A DNA stretch of 64,000 bases from Malacoraja senta (taxonomy: Eukaryota). The notes beneath the pieces are model-generated. The model was not told where the DNA came from. It did not search any database and saw nothing but the letters and a program-made list of their open reading frames with translations. The stretch covers positions 8,928,001 through 8,992,000 of the forward strand of contig CM075994.1 of assembly GCA_038087875.1 (NCBI GenBank), written 5' to 3'. The position numbers were made by a program, and so were the translations under genes. Numbering within the stretch: position 1 is the first letter of the stretch; each line of letters opens with the position of its first letter. This document shows positions 1 to 13,091 of this stretch, piece after piece.

Positions 1-384
1 CCATTCGGCCCTTCGAGCCAGCACCGCCATTCAATGTGATCATGGCTGATCATCCACAATCAGTCGAGACCCTTCTTCTCTACTGTTATACTGTACAATG
101 TGGGGGGATATGAGAAGGAATGGGAAGTGCGTGAGACCAGGGGGGCGATTTCCGGTAAGATTGGGTCAGTGTGTGACCAGAACTGACTGCAAACAGACAC
201 AAACACTACACACACCCACCCACACATATAGAGATTAAAAAATGTGTGAACTTTAAAAGCCAGTGGATTGGTTCAGCATGATGGTAGCAGAGAGCTCAGG
301 GGTGAGGTGTTGACTTTGTACACTTTTATCATCATTCTTAGTAAACCCAAACCACAGTCTAGCTGGTTAGACTTAGAACTCGCA

Positions 385-925
385 ATAGACAATAGACAAT
401 AGGTGCAGAAGTAGGCCATTCGGCCCTTCGAGCCAGCACCGCCATTCAATGTGATCATGGCTGATCAACCACAAACAGTACCCCGTTCCTGTCTTCTCCC
501 CATATCCCCTGACTTTAAGAGCCCTATCTAGCTCTCTCTTGAAAGTATCCAGAGAACCAGCCTCCACCGCCCTCTGAGGCAGAGAATTCCACAGACTCAC
601 AACTCTCTGTGAGAAAAAGTGTTTCCTCATATCCGTTCAAAATGGCTTACCCCTTATTCTTAAACTGTGGCCCCTGGTTCTGGACTCCCCCAACATCGGG
701 AACATGTTTCCTGCCTCTAGCGTGTCCAAACCCTTAATAATCTTATATGTTTCAATAGATGCCCTCGCATCCTTCTAAACTCCAGAGTGTACAAGCCCAG
801 CCGCTCCATTCTCCCAGCATATGACTGTCCCGCCATCCCGGGAATTAACCTTGTGAACCTACGCTGCACTCCCTCAATAGCAAGGATTTCCTTCCGCATA
901 TTAGGGGACCAAAACTGCACACAAA
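385..925 (-). mobile_element. CR1/HER1-like LINE 3' end
   Basis: [20 protein letters not shown]; (CTATTGT)n tail. Confidence 0.85.
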
Positions 926-1179
926 ACTGCCTCACCTCTAGTAAACAACAATGTTTTGTTTTAACTTCAAAATTGAACTTAAATCAGAATTAAAAGAATA
1001 TACAAAAGAAATAAAAGTGGAACAACTGCTCATACATTTTCCGTGGAGGAACTCAGGAGGCAGTATCTGTGGAGGTAGATAAAAATGCTGGAGAAACTCA
1101 GCGGGTGAGGCAGCATCTATGGAGCGAAGGAAATAGGCAATGTTTCCGATCGAAACCCTTCTTCAAACCCTTCTTCAGA

Positions 1180-1680
1180 GAGTATCTGTGCAGTTTTGGT
1201 CCCCTAATATGAGGAAGGACATTCTTGCTATTGAGGGACTGCAGAGCAGGTTCACCAGGTTAATTCCCGGGATGGCGGGAGTGTCATATGCTGAGAGAAT
1301 GGAGTGGCTGGGCTTGTACACCCTGGAGTTTAGAAGGATGAGAGGATATCTTATAGAAATGTATAAGATTATTAAGGGTTTGGACAGGCTAGAGGCAGGA
1401 AACATGTTTCTGATGTTGGGGGACTCCAGAACCAGGGGCCACACAGTTTAAGAATAAGGGGTAGCCATTTATAACGGAGACGATGAAACGCTTTTTCTCA
1501 CAGAAAGTTGTGAGTCTGTGGAATTCTCTGCCTCAGAGGGCGGTGGAGGCCGGTTCTCTGGATACTTTCAAGAGAGAGCTAGATAGGGCTCTTAAGGATA
1601 GCGGAGTCAGGGGATATGGGGAGAAGGCAGGAACGGGGCACTGATTGTGGATGATCAGCCATGATCACATTGAATGTGTG
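1180..1680 (+). mobile_element. CR1/HER1-like LINE 3' end
   Basis: Same ORF2 C-terminus and 3'UTR. Confidence 0.85.
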
Positions 1681-1924
1681 CTCTTTGGTCATAGGTGCCG
1701 CCGCTAATCTGTTCCATACCTTTTCATCCCTCTAGTTTTCCTCCCCTCAGGGAGGGCTCTAGTTTTCCTTCCCTGAAGGAGGGTCTCGACCCGAAACGTC
1801 GCCTATTGCTTTTCTCCAGAGATGTTGCCTGACCCGCTGAGTCACTCCAGCTTTTTGTGTCTATCTTTGGTTCAGTTCTGAGACGAGCTGAAGGTCAGAG
1901 TTCTAGACGATTCCTCAGATGGAT

Positions 1925-2520
1925 GCCATAGATTTTGATACAGTGTGGAAACAGGCCCTTCGGCCCAACTTGCCCACACCGGCCAACAATGTCCCAGCTA
2001 CACTAGACCCACCTGCCTGCGCTTGGTCCATATCCCTCCAAACCTCTCCTATCCATGTACCTGTCCAACTGTTTCTTAAATGTTGGGATAGTCCCAGCCT
2101 CAACTACCTCCTCTGGCAGCTTGATCCATGCACCCACCACTCTCTGTGTGAAAAAGTTACCCCTCAGATTCCTATTAAATCTTTTCCCCTTCACCTTGAA
2201 CCTATGTCCTCTGGTCCTCGATTCCCCTACTCTGGGCAAGAGTCTCTGTGCATCTACCCGATCTATTCCTCTCATGATTCTGTACACCTCTATAAGATCT
2301 CCCCTCATCCTCCTGCGCTCCATGGAATAGAGACCCAGCCTACTCAACCTCTCCCTATACCTCACACCCTCTAGTCCTGGCAACATCCTCGTAAATCTTC
2401 CCTGTGCCATTTCAAGCTTGGCGATATCTTTCCTATAACATGGTGGCCAGAACTGAACACAATATTCTAAATGTGGTCTCACCAACGTCTTATACAACTG
2501 CAACATGACCTCCCAACATC
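1925..2520 (-). mobile_element. CR1 3' end, second subfamily
   Basis: [34 protein letters not shown]. Confidence 0.85.
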
Positions 2521-2869
2521 TACTGTATACTGTTATGTGTAAGAAAGAACTGCAGATGATGGTTTAAATCGGAGGTAGACACGAAATGTCGGAGTAACTC
2601 AGCGGTTGAGGCAGCATCTCTGGAGAGAAGGAATGGGCGACGTTTCGGCACAATAGACAATAGATAATAGGTGCAGGAGTTGGCCATTCGGCCCTTCGAG
2701 CCAGCACCGCCATTCAATGTGATCATGGCTGATCATCCCCAATCAGTACCCCGTTCCTGCCTTCTCCCCATATCCCCTGACTCCGCTATCTTTAAGAGCC
2801 CTATCTAGCTCTCTCTTGAAAGCATCCTGAGAATCGGCCTGATCATTTGATCAGGTAGAGTGGCAGTAT

Positions 2870-5135
2870 TTATATAAAGTACTGCAAAAATTTAATATGG
2901 GAGAGAATTTTATTGTATGGGTAAAATTATTATATGACAAACCGACGGCAAGAATATTAACTAATAATATGTTATCTCCAAAATTTCAATTATCGAGGGG
3001 CAATAGGCAGGGATGTGCATTATCACCCCTGCTGTTTACCCTTATGATAGGGCCCTTATCTCAAAGTATAAGAATTCATCCGAATATTCGGGGATATAAT
3101 ACTGACTCAAATAATAAAATTTCATTATACACAGACGATATACTTCTATATATTACAAATTCACAAACGAGCATACCAAACATTAAATTTAATGGAGGAA
3201 CTCGGTTCTTTTTCAGGATACAGAATAAACTGGAATAAAAGTGAAATCATGACGTTAAAACCTCAAGAATCGACACACCTATTAAAATTCCCCTTTAAAA
3301 TTGCAACAGAAAAATTTAAGTATTTGGGTATCCAAATTACTAGAAAATACAAATCATTATTTAATGCTAATTTTACGCCTTTATTAAATAAATTGAACGC
3401 GTTGATTAAATTCTGGAAAACACTACCGTTGTCAGTAATAGGCAGAATAAACGCTATAAAAATGATCTTTTTAGCACAAAATATTATACCTATTTCAATC
3501 TATACCATTATATATACCAAAAAACTTCTTCAAAAAACTAGATTCTAACATTACCAACTTTATTTGGGACTATAGATCACATAGAATTCAAAGAAAATAC
3601 CTGTGTAAACCCAAAGACGCTGGGGGACTTTCACTTCCGAACATTTTGTATTATTACTGGGCAGTGCATATTAAGAATATAATTTACTGGTTGGACAGTC
3701 CTACCCAACAGACAGAATGGATAAGAATGGAGAAAGAGGATTGTTCTCCTTGTAACATAGGAGCGATCCTCTTCTCCCCGATAAAACTGAACAACACAAT
3801 ATATAAGAATAATCCAATTATCCACAATACAATAAGTATTTGGAAACAAATAAAATTAACTTTAAAATTAAGAAACCTATCATTGTTAACGCCAATAGTG
3901 AATAATCCTTCATTTAAACCATCGCTCACCGATAAAACATATAACCAATGGGAAAGAATGGGAATTAAAAGGATCGGCGATATGTATGAAATGGGAAACC
4001 TGTTATCATTCCAACAATTACAATTAAAATTTAAGCTGAAAAATAACCAATATTTTAATTACCTTCAGATCTGCGACTTCATGAAGAAACATATACAAAG
4101 ATATCAAACTTTAACTTTAGATCCACTGGAAGAAGCAATGAATATTAAGGCTGACACACAGAAATTAATATCATATTTATATAATAGTATTTTAAACATA
4201 GAACTACCATCGACAGAGGCACTTAGAGAAGATTGGGAACGAGAATTAATGATAAAAATCACGAATGAAACATGGGAAAAGCATTTGATATATATTCACA
4301 AATGCTCAAGTAAGACATAACTTAATTCAATTCAAAATTCTACATAGATTATATTATTCAAAAACTAGATTGAATACATTTTATCCAAATACTTCTCCCA
4401 TTTGTGATAAATGTTTATCCCAAAATGCCACTATAACACACTCTTTTGTTTCCTGCGTAAAACTTCATAAATTCTGGAGCGACATCTTTGAAATATTTAC
4501 AAAATTATTCAAGATAAAAATGGAGCCTAACACTGAAATCATTATACTTGGAGTAACGGAAGACGGGAACAAATTGAACACATTTCAAAATTCATTTTTT
4601 AATTATGGGTTAATAACGGCAAAAAAACTTATACTTAAATTTTGGAAAAAATACACCCATACCGACGCTTAAAATGTGGATTTCAAACATGTTGGACACC
4701 GCACATCTTGAAGAAATGTGATTCCTCCTAATAGATAAATCAGACCAATTCTTAACGAGTTGGTCTCCATTTATCGACTTCTTGGAAGCATATGGTGCAA
4801 CAGAATCGTAGAAACTAACTGTTCCAAGACTGGGTGAGGGATGGTCAAGATTATAAATAACGATCTCCTACAATCTCTTACTCACTACTTCCTCTTTTTC
4901 TCTCTCTTTTTTCTTCTTCACCTCTTTCTTCCCTTTTCCTTTTCACACATCTAGACATCACATGCTTTTCTATCTCTTTATTACCTATTCTTTCTTTTTC
5001 TCTTTTATTGTTAAGGGAAAAAAAAATATATGAAGCTGTACATGAAATGTAACATGTCAATATATATTAGGCACCTTGGTGCCAAATTACTGTACTTACT
5101 TCTAATAAAATAAAAATTAAAACAAATAAAAACGC
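2870..5135 (+). mobile_element. L1/Tx1-type LINE, 5'-truncated, degenerate
   Basis: RGNRQGCALSPLLF, YTDD, YLGIQI, C-terminal CDKC..H..C; A-rich tail at ~5100-5133; multiple frameshifts. Confidence 0.85.
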
Positions 5136-5305
5136 AAATGTCAAATGACAGAAGTCCAAATCACCTCCCCTTTCTTGTGGAAATTAAGAGTCAACCTCAC
5201 TCTCATGATGTTTGCAATGCGCTGTAAAGTAATGCGATGTATAAATGTACCACCAAAAATAAATTAAACGTCTAATCCGCAATAATTAAACTGAGAAATC
5301 CATTA

Positions 5306-5868
5306 NNNNNNNNNNNNNNNNNNNNNNNNNNNNNNNNNNNNNNNNNNNNNNNNNNNNNNNNNNNNNNNNNNNNNNNNNNNNNNNNNNNNNNNNNNNNNNN
5401 NNNNNNNNNNNNNNNNNNNNNNNNNNNNNNNNNNNNNNNNNNNNNNNNNNNNNNNNNNNNNNNNNNNNNNNNNNNNNNNNNNNNNNNNNNNNNNNNNNNN
5501 NNNNNNNNNNNNNNNNNNNNNNNNNNNNNNNNNNNNNNNNNNNNNNNNNNNNNNNNNNNNNNNNNNNNNNNNNNNNNNNNNNNNNNNNNNNNNNNNNNNN
5601 NNNNNNNNNNNNNNNNNNNNNNNNNNNNNNNNNNNNNNNNNNNNNNNNNNNNNNNNNNNNNNNNNNNNNNNNNNNNNNNNNNNNNNNNNNNNNNNNNNNN
5701 NNNNNNNNNNNNNNNNNNNNNNNNNNNNNNNNNNNNNNNNNNNNNNNNNNNNNNNNNNNNNNNNNNNNNNNNNNNNNNNNNNNNNNNNNNNNNNNNNNNN
5801 NNNNNNNNNNNNNNNNNNNNNNNNNNNNNNNNNNNNNNNNNNNNNNNNNNNNNNNNNNNNNNNNNNNN
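5306..5868. other. Assembly gap (others at 21093-21368, 27087-27260, 27317-27452, 35288-35487, 44908-45385)
   Basis: Runs of N. Confidence 1.
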
Positions 5869-5927
5869 ACGGGTGTCAGGGGTTATGGGGAGAAGGCAGG
5901 GGGATGGGATTTGTTAATTAAGTTATT

Positions 5928-5978
5928 CACTCATTCATTCATTCATTCATTCATTCATTCATTCATTCATTCATTCAT
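5928..5978. repeat. (CATT)n microsatellite
   Basis: Direct reading. Confidence 0.95.
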
Positions 5979-6090
5979 CCATTTTGTCTTTTTAAACCTC
6001 CGTTGCACCCTCTCCATTGCAACCTCTCCATCTTCTGCTGGGCAGAAATGGCTGCAGTTACTTGCTCCTAGTTCAATGGTTCAATGGTTC

Positions 6091-6096
6091 TTTATT
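6091..6096 (-). terminator. Candidate polyadenylation signal (AATAAA) of gene A
   Basis: TTTATT on the plus strand about 250 nt past the stop codon; adjoins a short GTTCAATG repeat resembling a retroposon tail. Confidence 0.4.
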
Positions 6097-6342
6097 GCCA
6101 CAAATTCACAGCACAGTTAAATTATTTTGCACGACACACAAGTGCACAGTTGGCATATTGTGCCGCCGATCACAAAAGGAAAGAATATTCACGTTTCCTT
6201 GACTAAAATGGGAAAATACAAAAAAAATACAAAAAAATCTCAGGTAGAGACAATAGATTAATAGATGTACAACTACTGCCTGCTCACGACTCCATTGAAT
6301 ATGGCCCATGCTTTTTTCGGATAAGAGTAGGGTTGTCTTTGG

Positions 6343-6450
6343 TTACTGGACGTTGCCACGCTGCATATTCTCCACCCTGTTGGACTGTTGTGATTTATTT
6401 TTCTTCTTCTTTCTCCCTTGGTTGGAGCTTGAAGGCGTATTCCCTTTGGG
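6343..6450 (-). CDS. Gene A exon 7 (candidate terminal coding exon) PKGNTPSSSNQGRKKKKNKSQQSNRVENMQRGNVQ*
   Basis: Acceptor CATTCTTCTCTCCATTTTCAAAG; phase 0 matches exon 6; 35 open codons then TAA; unique AT-rich 3' sequence with AATAAA downstream. Confidence 0.68.
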   Translation of the reverse strand, partial: PKGNTPSSSNQGRKKKKNKSQQSNRVENMQRGNVQ

Positions 6451-6487
6451 CTTTGAAAATGGAGAGAAGAATGTTAATGGTGGCTCA

Positions 6488-6890
6488 GTACTTCAACTCC
6501 CCCTCCCATTCCGAATCCGACCTTTCTGTCCTGGGCCTCCTCCATGGCCAGAGTGAGTCCCGCTGCAAATTGGAGGAGCAGCGCCTCATATTTTGCTTGG
6601 GTAGTTTACACCCCAGCGGTATGAACCTTGACTTCTCCAATTTCAGGTAGTCCCTGCTTTCTCCCTCCTTCCCCTCCCCTTCCCAGCTCTCCCACAGCCT
6701 CTTCCTTTCTGCCTCTTCCTTTCTTCTTCCCGCCTCTTCCTTTCTTCTCCGCCTCTTCCTTTCTTCTTCCCGCTCCCCCCCCGCCCTCACATCAGTCTGA
6801 AGAGGGGCCTCCACCCGAAATGTCACCTATTCCTTCGCTCCATAGATGCTGCCTCACCTGCTGAGTTTCTCCAGCATTTTGTGTCTACCT
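6488..6890 (+). mobile_element. Penelope-like element 3' fragment (GIY-YIG C-terminus plus terminal repeat)
   Basis: FNSPSHS..LSVLGLLH..LEEQRLIFCLGSLHPSGMNLDFSNFR; related copies near 25545-25850, 29730-30085, 31000-31330, 31550-31865 and 35760-36065. Confidence 0.75.
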
Positions 6891-7189
6891 ATGATAAATG
6901 TGGTGTTCATCAGATCATAAGTGATAGCAGCAGAATTAGGCCATTCAACCCATCAAGTCTATTCCACCATCCAATCATGGCTGATCTATCTCAAAAGGTC
7001 AAAGATTTCAAGGGTCAAAGGTCTGTTTATTGTCACGTGTCCTAATGAAGGCACAGTGGAACCTGATTAGACAATAGACAATAGACAATACAGCCATACT
7101 AAAAAAAACAACAAGACACAGAACTACATAAAAGTTAACATAAACATCCACCACAGCGGATTCCCACGCTCCCCACTGTGATGGAAGGC

Positions 7190-7920
7190 AATAATCACAG
7201 TGAATGGCGGTGCTGGCTCGAAGAGCCGAATGGCCTACTCCTGCACCTATTGTCTATGTGGCATGTTGGCCTTTATAACAAGAGGATTCGAATATAGGAG
7301 CAAAGCAGTCCTTCTGCAGTTGTACAGAGCCCTAGTGAGACCACACCCGGAGTATTGTGTGCAGTTTTGGTCCCCTAATTTGAGGAAGGACATTCTTGCT
7401 ATTGAGGGAGTGCAGCGTAGGTTTACAAGGTTAATTCCCGGGATGGCGGGACTGTCATATGCTGAGAGAAAGGAGCAGCTGAGCTTGTACACTCCGGAGT
7501 TTAGAAGGATGAGAGGTTATCTCATTGAAACATATGAGATTGTTAAGGGTTTGGACACACTAGAGGCAGGAAACATGTTCCTGATGTTGGGGGGGGGGGG
7601 GGGTCCAGAACCAGGGGCCAAAGTTTAAGAATAAGGAGAAAGCCATTTAGAACGGAGACGAGGAAATACTTTTTCTCACAGAGAGTGGTGAGTCTGGAAT
7701 TCTCTGCCTCAGAGGGCAGTGGAGGCAGGTTCTGTCGATACTTTTAAGAGAGAGCTGGATAGGGCTCTTAAAAATAGCAGAGTCAGGGGATATGGGGAGA
7801 AGGCAGGAACGGAATACTGATTGTGGATGATCAGCCATGATCACATTGAATGTGGTGCTGGCTCGAAGGGCCGAATGGCCTGCTCCTGCACCTATTGTCG
7901 ATAATCTATTGTCTATTGTC
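7190..7920 (+). mobile_element. CR1/HER1-like LINE 3' end
   Basis: ORF 7200-7628 plus 3'UTR and tail. Confidence 0.85.
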
Positions 7921-8329
7921 TATGTTTTCATGTTTCTATGCTTCTATGAGGCCACATTGTTCAGTCTGCTCACAGTTGCTTTTCGCAGAATTTATTACGA
8001 AATATCAGTCCATTTCCTGTGTGAATCTTATGTGCAATTTAAGATCATTTCTTAAAATGGGCGGTGTCGCAGCGGTAGAGTTGCTGCCTCACAGCGCCAG
8101 AGACCCGGGTTCAATTCCTGACTACAGGTGCTGTGTGTACGGAGTTTGCACGTTCTCCCCGTGACCGCATGGGTTTTCTCCGGGTGCTCCGGTTTCCTCC
8201 CAACCTCCAAAGACGTCAGCTAATAGTCTTCTGTAAATTTCCCTAATGTGTAGGATAGTGTTAGTGTGCGGGGATCGCTGGTGGGCCGAAGGGCCTGTTT
8301 CCGCGCTGTATCTCTAAACTAAACAAAAA

Positions 8330-8890
8330 ATAGTGTACAGTTTTGGTCTCCTAATTTGAGGAAGGACATCCTTGTGATTGAGGCAGTGCAGCGTAGGTTC
8401 ACGAGATTGATCCCTGGGATGGCGGGACTGTCCTATGAGGAAAGATTAAAAAGACTGGGCTTGTATTCACTGGAGTTTAGAAGGATGGGGGGGGGGGGGA
8501 TCTTATAGAAACGTATAAAATTGTAAAAGGACTGGACAAGCTAGATGCAGGAATAATGTTCCCAATGTTGGGGGAGTCCAGAACCAGGGGCCACAGTCTT
8601 AGAATAAAGGGGAGGCCATTTAAGACTGAGGTGAGAAAATCCTTTTTCACCCAGAGAGTTGTGAATTTGTGGAATTCCCTGCCACAGAGGGCAGTGGAGG
8701 CCAAATCACTGGATGGATTTAAGAGAGAGTTAGATAGAGCTCTTGGGGCTGGTGGAATCAAGGGATATGGGGAGAAGGCAGGCACGGCTTATTGATTGGG
8801 GACGATCAGCCATGATCACAATGAATGGTGGTGCTGGCTCGAAGGGCCGAATGGCCTCCTTCTGCACCTATTTTCTATGTTTCTATGTTT
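8330..8890 (+). mobile_element. CR1 3' end
   Basis: ORF 8556-8795; TTTCTATG tail. Confidence 0.85.
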
Positions 8891-10019
8891 CTAGAACTTC
8901 TCAATCTTGCCAGATCCAGTATAATTCATTTTCCCTTGAGCAGCTGGAGAGGGTCCAGAGGAGGTTTACGAGAATGATCCCAGGAATGAGTGGGTTAATT
9001 TATGATGAGGGTTTTCACGGCACTGGGCCTGTACTCGCTGGAGTTTGCAAGGATGAGGGGGAACCGCATTGAAATGTACCGAAAAGGGAAAGGCCTGGAT
9101 GGAGCAAATAGACACAGAATGCTGGAGTAACTCAGCGGGACAGGCAGCATATCTGGAGAGAAGGAATGGGTGACGTTTCGGGTCGAGACCGTTCTTCAGA
9201 CTGAAGTCAGGGGAGTGGGCGGTACAGAGATAAAATGTAGGCTGGTTGGAGTGGATGTGGAGAGGATGTTTCCACTAGTGGGAGAGTCTATGATCAGAGG
9301 CCACAGCCTCAGAATAAAAGGACGTACCTTTAGAAAGGAGATGAGGAGGAATTTCTTGAGCCAGAGGGTGGTGAATCTGTGGAATTCTTTGCCATAGACA
9401 GCGGTGGAATCCAAGTCGACGGATATATTTAAGGCAGAGATAGATAGTAAGGGTGCCAGGGGTTATGGGAAGAAGGCAGGAGAATGGGGTTGAGAGGGAA
9501 AGATTGAACAGCCATGATTGAAAGGTGGAGTAGACTTGAAATGAATTGAATTGAATAAATGTATTGGTTGGCCAAAGGGCCTGTTTGCGAGTTGTATCTC
9601 TGAAGTCCAAAGTAAAGCCTAAAATCCTGGAAATATCGTCGTGAAAATGCTAAGGATGTATTCCTAGTCTTCCGGTCAACATTATTATGTCCCTTGCACT
9701 TTTTTATACCTGCACTTTCTCAGCACTTAATAATAATAATAATAATAATAAATTTTATTTATGGGCGCCTTATACCAAGGTCTCAAGGACACCTTACAGA
9801 ATTTAACTGGTAAGAAACATATAATCGGAGTAAAATAAAATTATGAAGACATCACCAATACACAAATTAAAAACAGAATCCAATCCAAAGACACAAAAAA
9901 AAATCAGAAACACCATGTGAAGAGAGAGCAGTGGCAGCTAAACCGCGCCAGCATCCACTCTCCCTTCTGACCGCCATCTTGAACACAAACTAAAAATAGA
10001 CAATACATACAAAAATCAT

Positions 10020-11110
10020 CCCCCCACTTAACATTACACCTTCATCTTTCCCTTTTTTGAATTGAATTGAATACATTTTATTAGCCAAGTATGTATACAT
10101 ACAAGGAATTTGCCTTGGTGCTTTGCTCGCAAGTAACAACACGATATACAGTAGACAATTAAAATTAAACATTATAATTTAAACATGTGAAGAATTAAAT
10201 AAAATACCAGAGCAAAAGGAGGCTACAGACTTTTGTTTATTGAGTAGAGCTACTACTCGTGGGAATAAAGCTGTTTTTATGTCTGGCTGTGGCGGCTTTG
10301 ACAGTCCGGAGTCGCCTTCCAGAGGAAGGTGATTCAAAGAGTTTGTGGCCAGGGTGAGAGGGGTCAGAGATGATCTTACCCGCTCACTTCCTGGCCCTTG
10401 CAGTGTACACCGTGGCTTGGTTCGGCAACCTGAGCGTCCAGGAGCGGAAAAGGCTGCAAGAAGTTGTAAACACGGCCCAGTCCATCATCAACTCTGACCT
10501 CCCCACCATCGCGCGGATCTATCGCAGGCGCTGCCTCAAAAAGGATGGCAGCATCATCAAGGACGCACACCATCCTGGCCACTCACTCATCTCCCCGCTG
10601 TCTTCAGGTAGAAGGTACAGGAGCCTGAAATCTGCAACATCCAGGTTCAGGAACAGCTCCTTCCCCACAGCCATCAGACTATTAAACTCAACTCAAACAA
10701 ACTCTGAACTATAACAGCCTATTGCACTTTATCTGTTTATTTATGTGTATATATATATTCTACGGTATATGGACACACTGATCTGTTCTGTATTTATGCC
10801 TACACTATTCTGTTGTGCTGCAGCAAGCTAGAATTTCATTGTCCTATCTGGGACACATGACAATGAACTCTCTTGACCAGACTCTTGACTCTACAGTTCG
10901 TCAATGGAGGGAAGGTTGCAGTCAATAACCTTCTCAGCTGACCGGACGATTCGCTGCAGCCTCCGGATGTCGTGCTTGGTGGCTGAGCCAAACCAGACCA
11001 CGATGGAGAAGGTGAGGACAGACTCTATGATGGCTGTATAAGACTGGACCATCATTGCCTGTGGCAGATTGTGTTTTCTCAGCTGCCGTAGGAAGTACAT
11101 CCTCTGTTGG
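10020..11110. mobile_element. Nested Rex1/Babar-like LINE 3' fragments (minus copy interrupted by a plus copy ~10385-10870)
   Basis: YFLRQLRK..IIESVLTF..WFG and RRYRSLK..SRFRNSSFPTAIRLLN motifs. Confidence 0.7.
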
Positions 11111-11326
11111 GCCGAATGGACTAATTCTGCTCCTATAGCTTATGAAGATGCATAATCTTAAACAATAGTTGTAATTTCATTCTGAATTATTGATCCATGG
11201 ACTGCAGGCAGAAAATAATTCACCTTTATTGTAATGTGTGCATGGAAATCTTGGTTGCAAGAGCATTGCAGGCACAAAGGCTCAGACAACACACAAAAAT
11301 AAAATAAATAACAAGATCTATATTAC

Positions 11327-11361
11327 CTTGTGCTTCTTTTCTTCATCCATAATCATATAGT
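11327..11361 (-). CDS. Gene A exon 6: 35-nt cytoplasmic exon (D)YMIMDEEKKHK with YxxM motif
   Basis: TTTCCTTCCAACAG acceptor and AAG|GTAATA donor; phase 1 in, phase 0 out; encodes DYMIM. Confidence 0.8.
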
Positions 11362-12728
11362 CTGTTGGAAGGAAATTATACTTTCATTGTGTCAGATACC
11401 TAATTATCTCACATTTATCACGGGCTGTAAAAAGTCGCGATATTTACAATACAACAGCTTAACAAAAAATAGTATGATCGGGCAGTCTATCGGTTTAGAC
11501 AGACCCATTCCTTCTCTCCAGAGATGCTGCCTGTCCCGCTGAGTTACTCCAGCATTTTGTGTCTATTATCGGTTTAGAAGTGTAGAAAGAAAGATCTGCA
11601 GATGTTGGTTGATACGCAGAAGGACACAATGTGAAAGGGTTCAGATAAGATTTACGAGGATGTTGCCAGGACTGGAGGGTGTGGGCTATAGGGTGAGTTT
11701 GAGTAGGCTGGGTCTCTATTGCATGGAGCGCAGGAGGATGAGGGGTGATCTTATAGAAGTGTCCAAAATCATGAGAGGAATAGATCGGGTAGATGCACTA
11801 GTAGATGCACTCTTGCCCAGGGTAGGGGAATTGAGGACCATAAGACAATAGACAATAGGTGCAGGAGCCAGCACGCCATTCACTGTGATCACGGCTGATC
11901 ATCCCCAATCAGACATATGTTCAAGGTGAAGGGGACAAGATTTAATAGGAATCTGAGGGGTAACTTTTTCACACAGAGGGTGGTGGGTGTATGGAACAAG
12001 CTGCCAGAGGAGGTAGTTGAGGCTGGGACTATCCCATCGTTTAAGAAACAGTTAGACAGGTACATGGATAGGACAGGTTTGGAGGGATATGGACCAAGCC
12101 AAGTGTAGCTGGGACATGTTGACCAATGTGGGCATGTTGAGCCGAAGGGCCTGTTTCCACACTGTATCACTCTATGACTCTAAGTGCTGGAGTACCTCAG
12201 CAGGCCAGGCAGCATCTCTGGAGAACATGGATAGGTGATGTTTCAGGTTGAGACCCTATTTGAGTTCTCCAATTTAAAGTAACAAACTACCCTCCCCCTC
12301 CACTTTCACCCCCACACCCCCTCTCTTCCTACCCCACCCCTACCCTCCCTGTGCCACCCTGTGGCGGGGGCCGGACGGGTGGGGCGGAGCGCGGAGGAGG
12401 GGGCGAGGGCGTCGGCTCTGCCTGTGCCGGTGGGGCACCTGGCCCGTCGCAGCGGCGGCCCAGGTCCGCAGGTGGCGCGGAAAAGAAGCACCAACTCCAG
12501 CTCAACCCCGCCGGCGGGACAGGCAGAGTCGAGCTGGCGTCAGTGCCTCCCTCCGCGCTGGCTGCCGGCCTGGGCCGACACTCCCGTCCGCGGACCACTG
12601 GATAGAAGACCCTCCTTCGGACTTCCTACACATTAGACTTGTGCGCCGTGGTTGGGGATGGATGGGAGCGGGGATTTCCGCGGGGCGCAAGGAACAAATG
12701 ACCTAACGTTTGCGTTGAGTGAACTGAA

Positions 12729-12852
12729 GGGCCTGTCCCACTTGGGCGTCATTTGCGTGTCATTTACGCTACATCATTTACGCGTCATGGATTTTGGGAC
12801 GTACGCGCACCATCTGCGTGACGCGCAAATGACGCCCAAGTGGGACAGGCCC
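12729..12852. mobile_element. Short palindromic MITE, same TIR family
   Basis: GGGCCTGTCCCACTTGGGCGTCATTTGCG ... CGCAAATGACGCCCAAGTGGGACAGGCCC. Confidence 0.8.
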
Positions 12853-13091
12853 ACGAGTGTTCTTAACGTCCTCGTCACCGTACACTGGCGTTTTGTGAGA
12901 GTGGTTGGATCCCAGCTTCAGCTCCACCAACGTCGGTCCCATTATCCGGACAGGCGGCGGGGGATCAGGACCTGATTTGAGGGAGCGGCGATGCTTTAGA
13001 TTCCTAGTCAGCTGCCGCCGAGCAGCGGGGTCGAGAAGGCAGCGCCCGACCTGGGGATTCTCCCGCTCGCACATACCCCCTCTCTCTCGCT

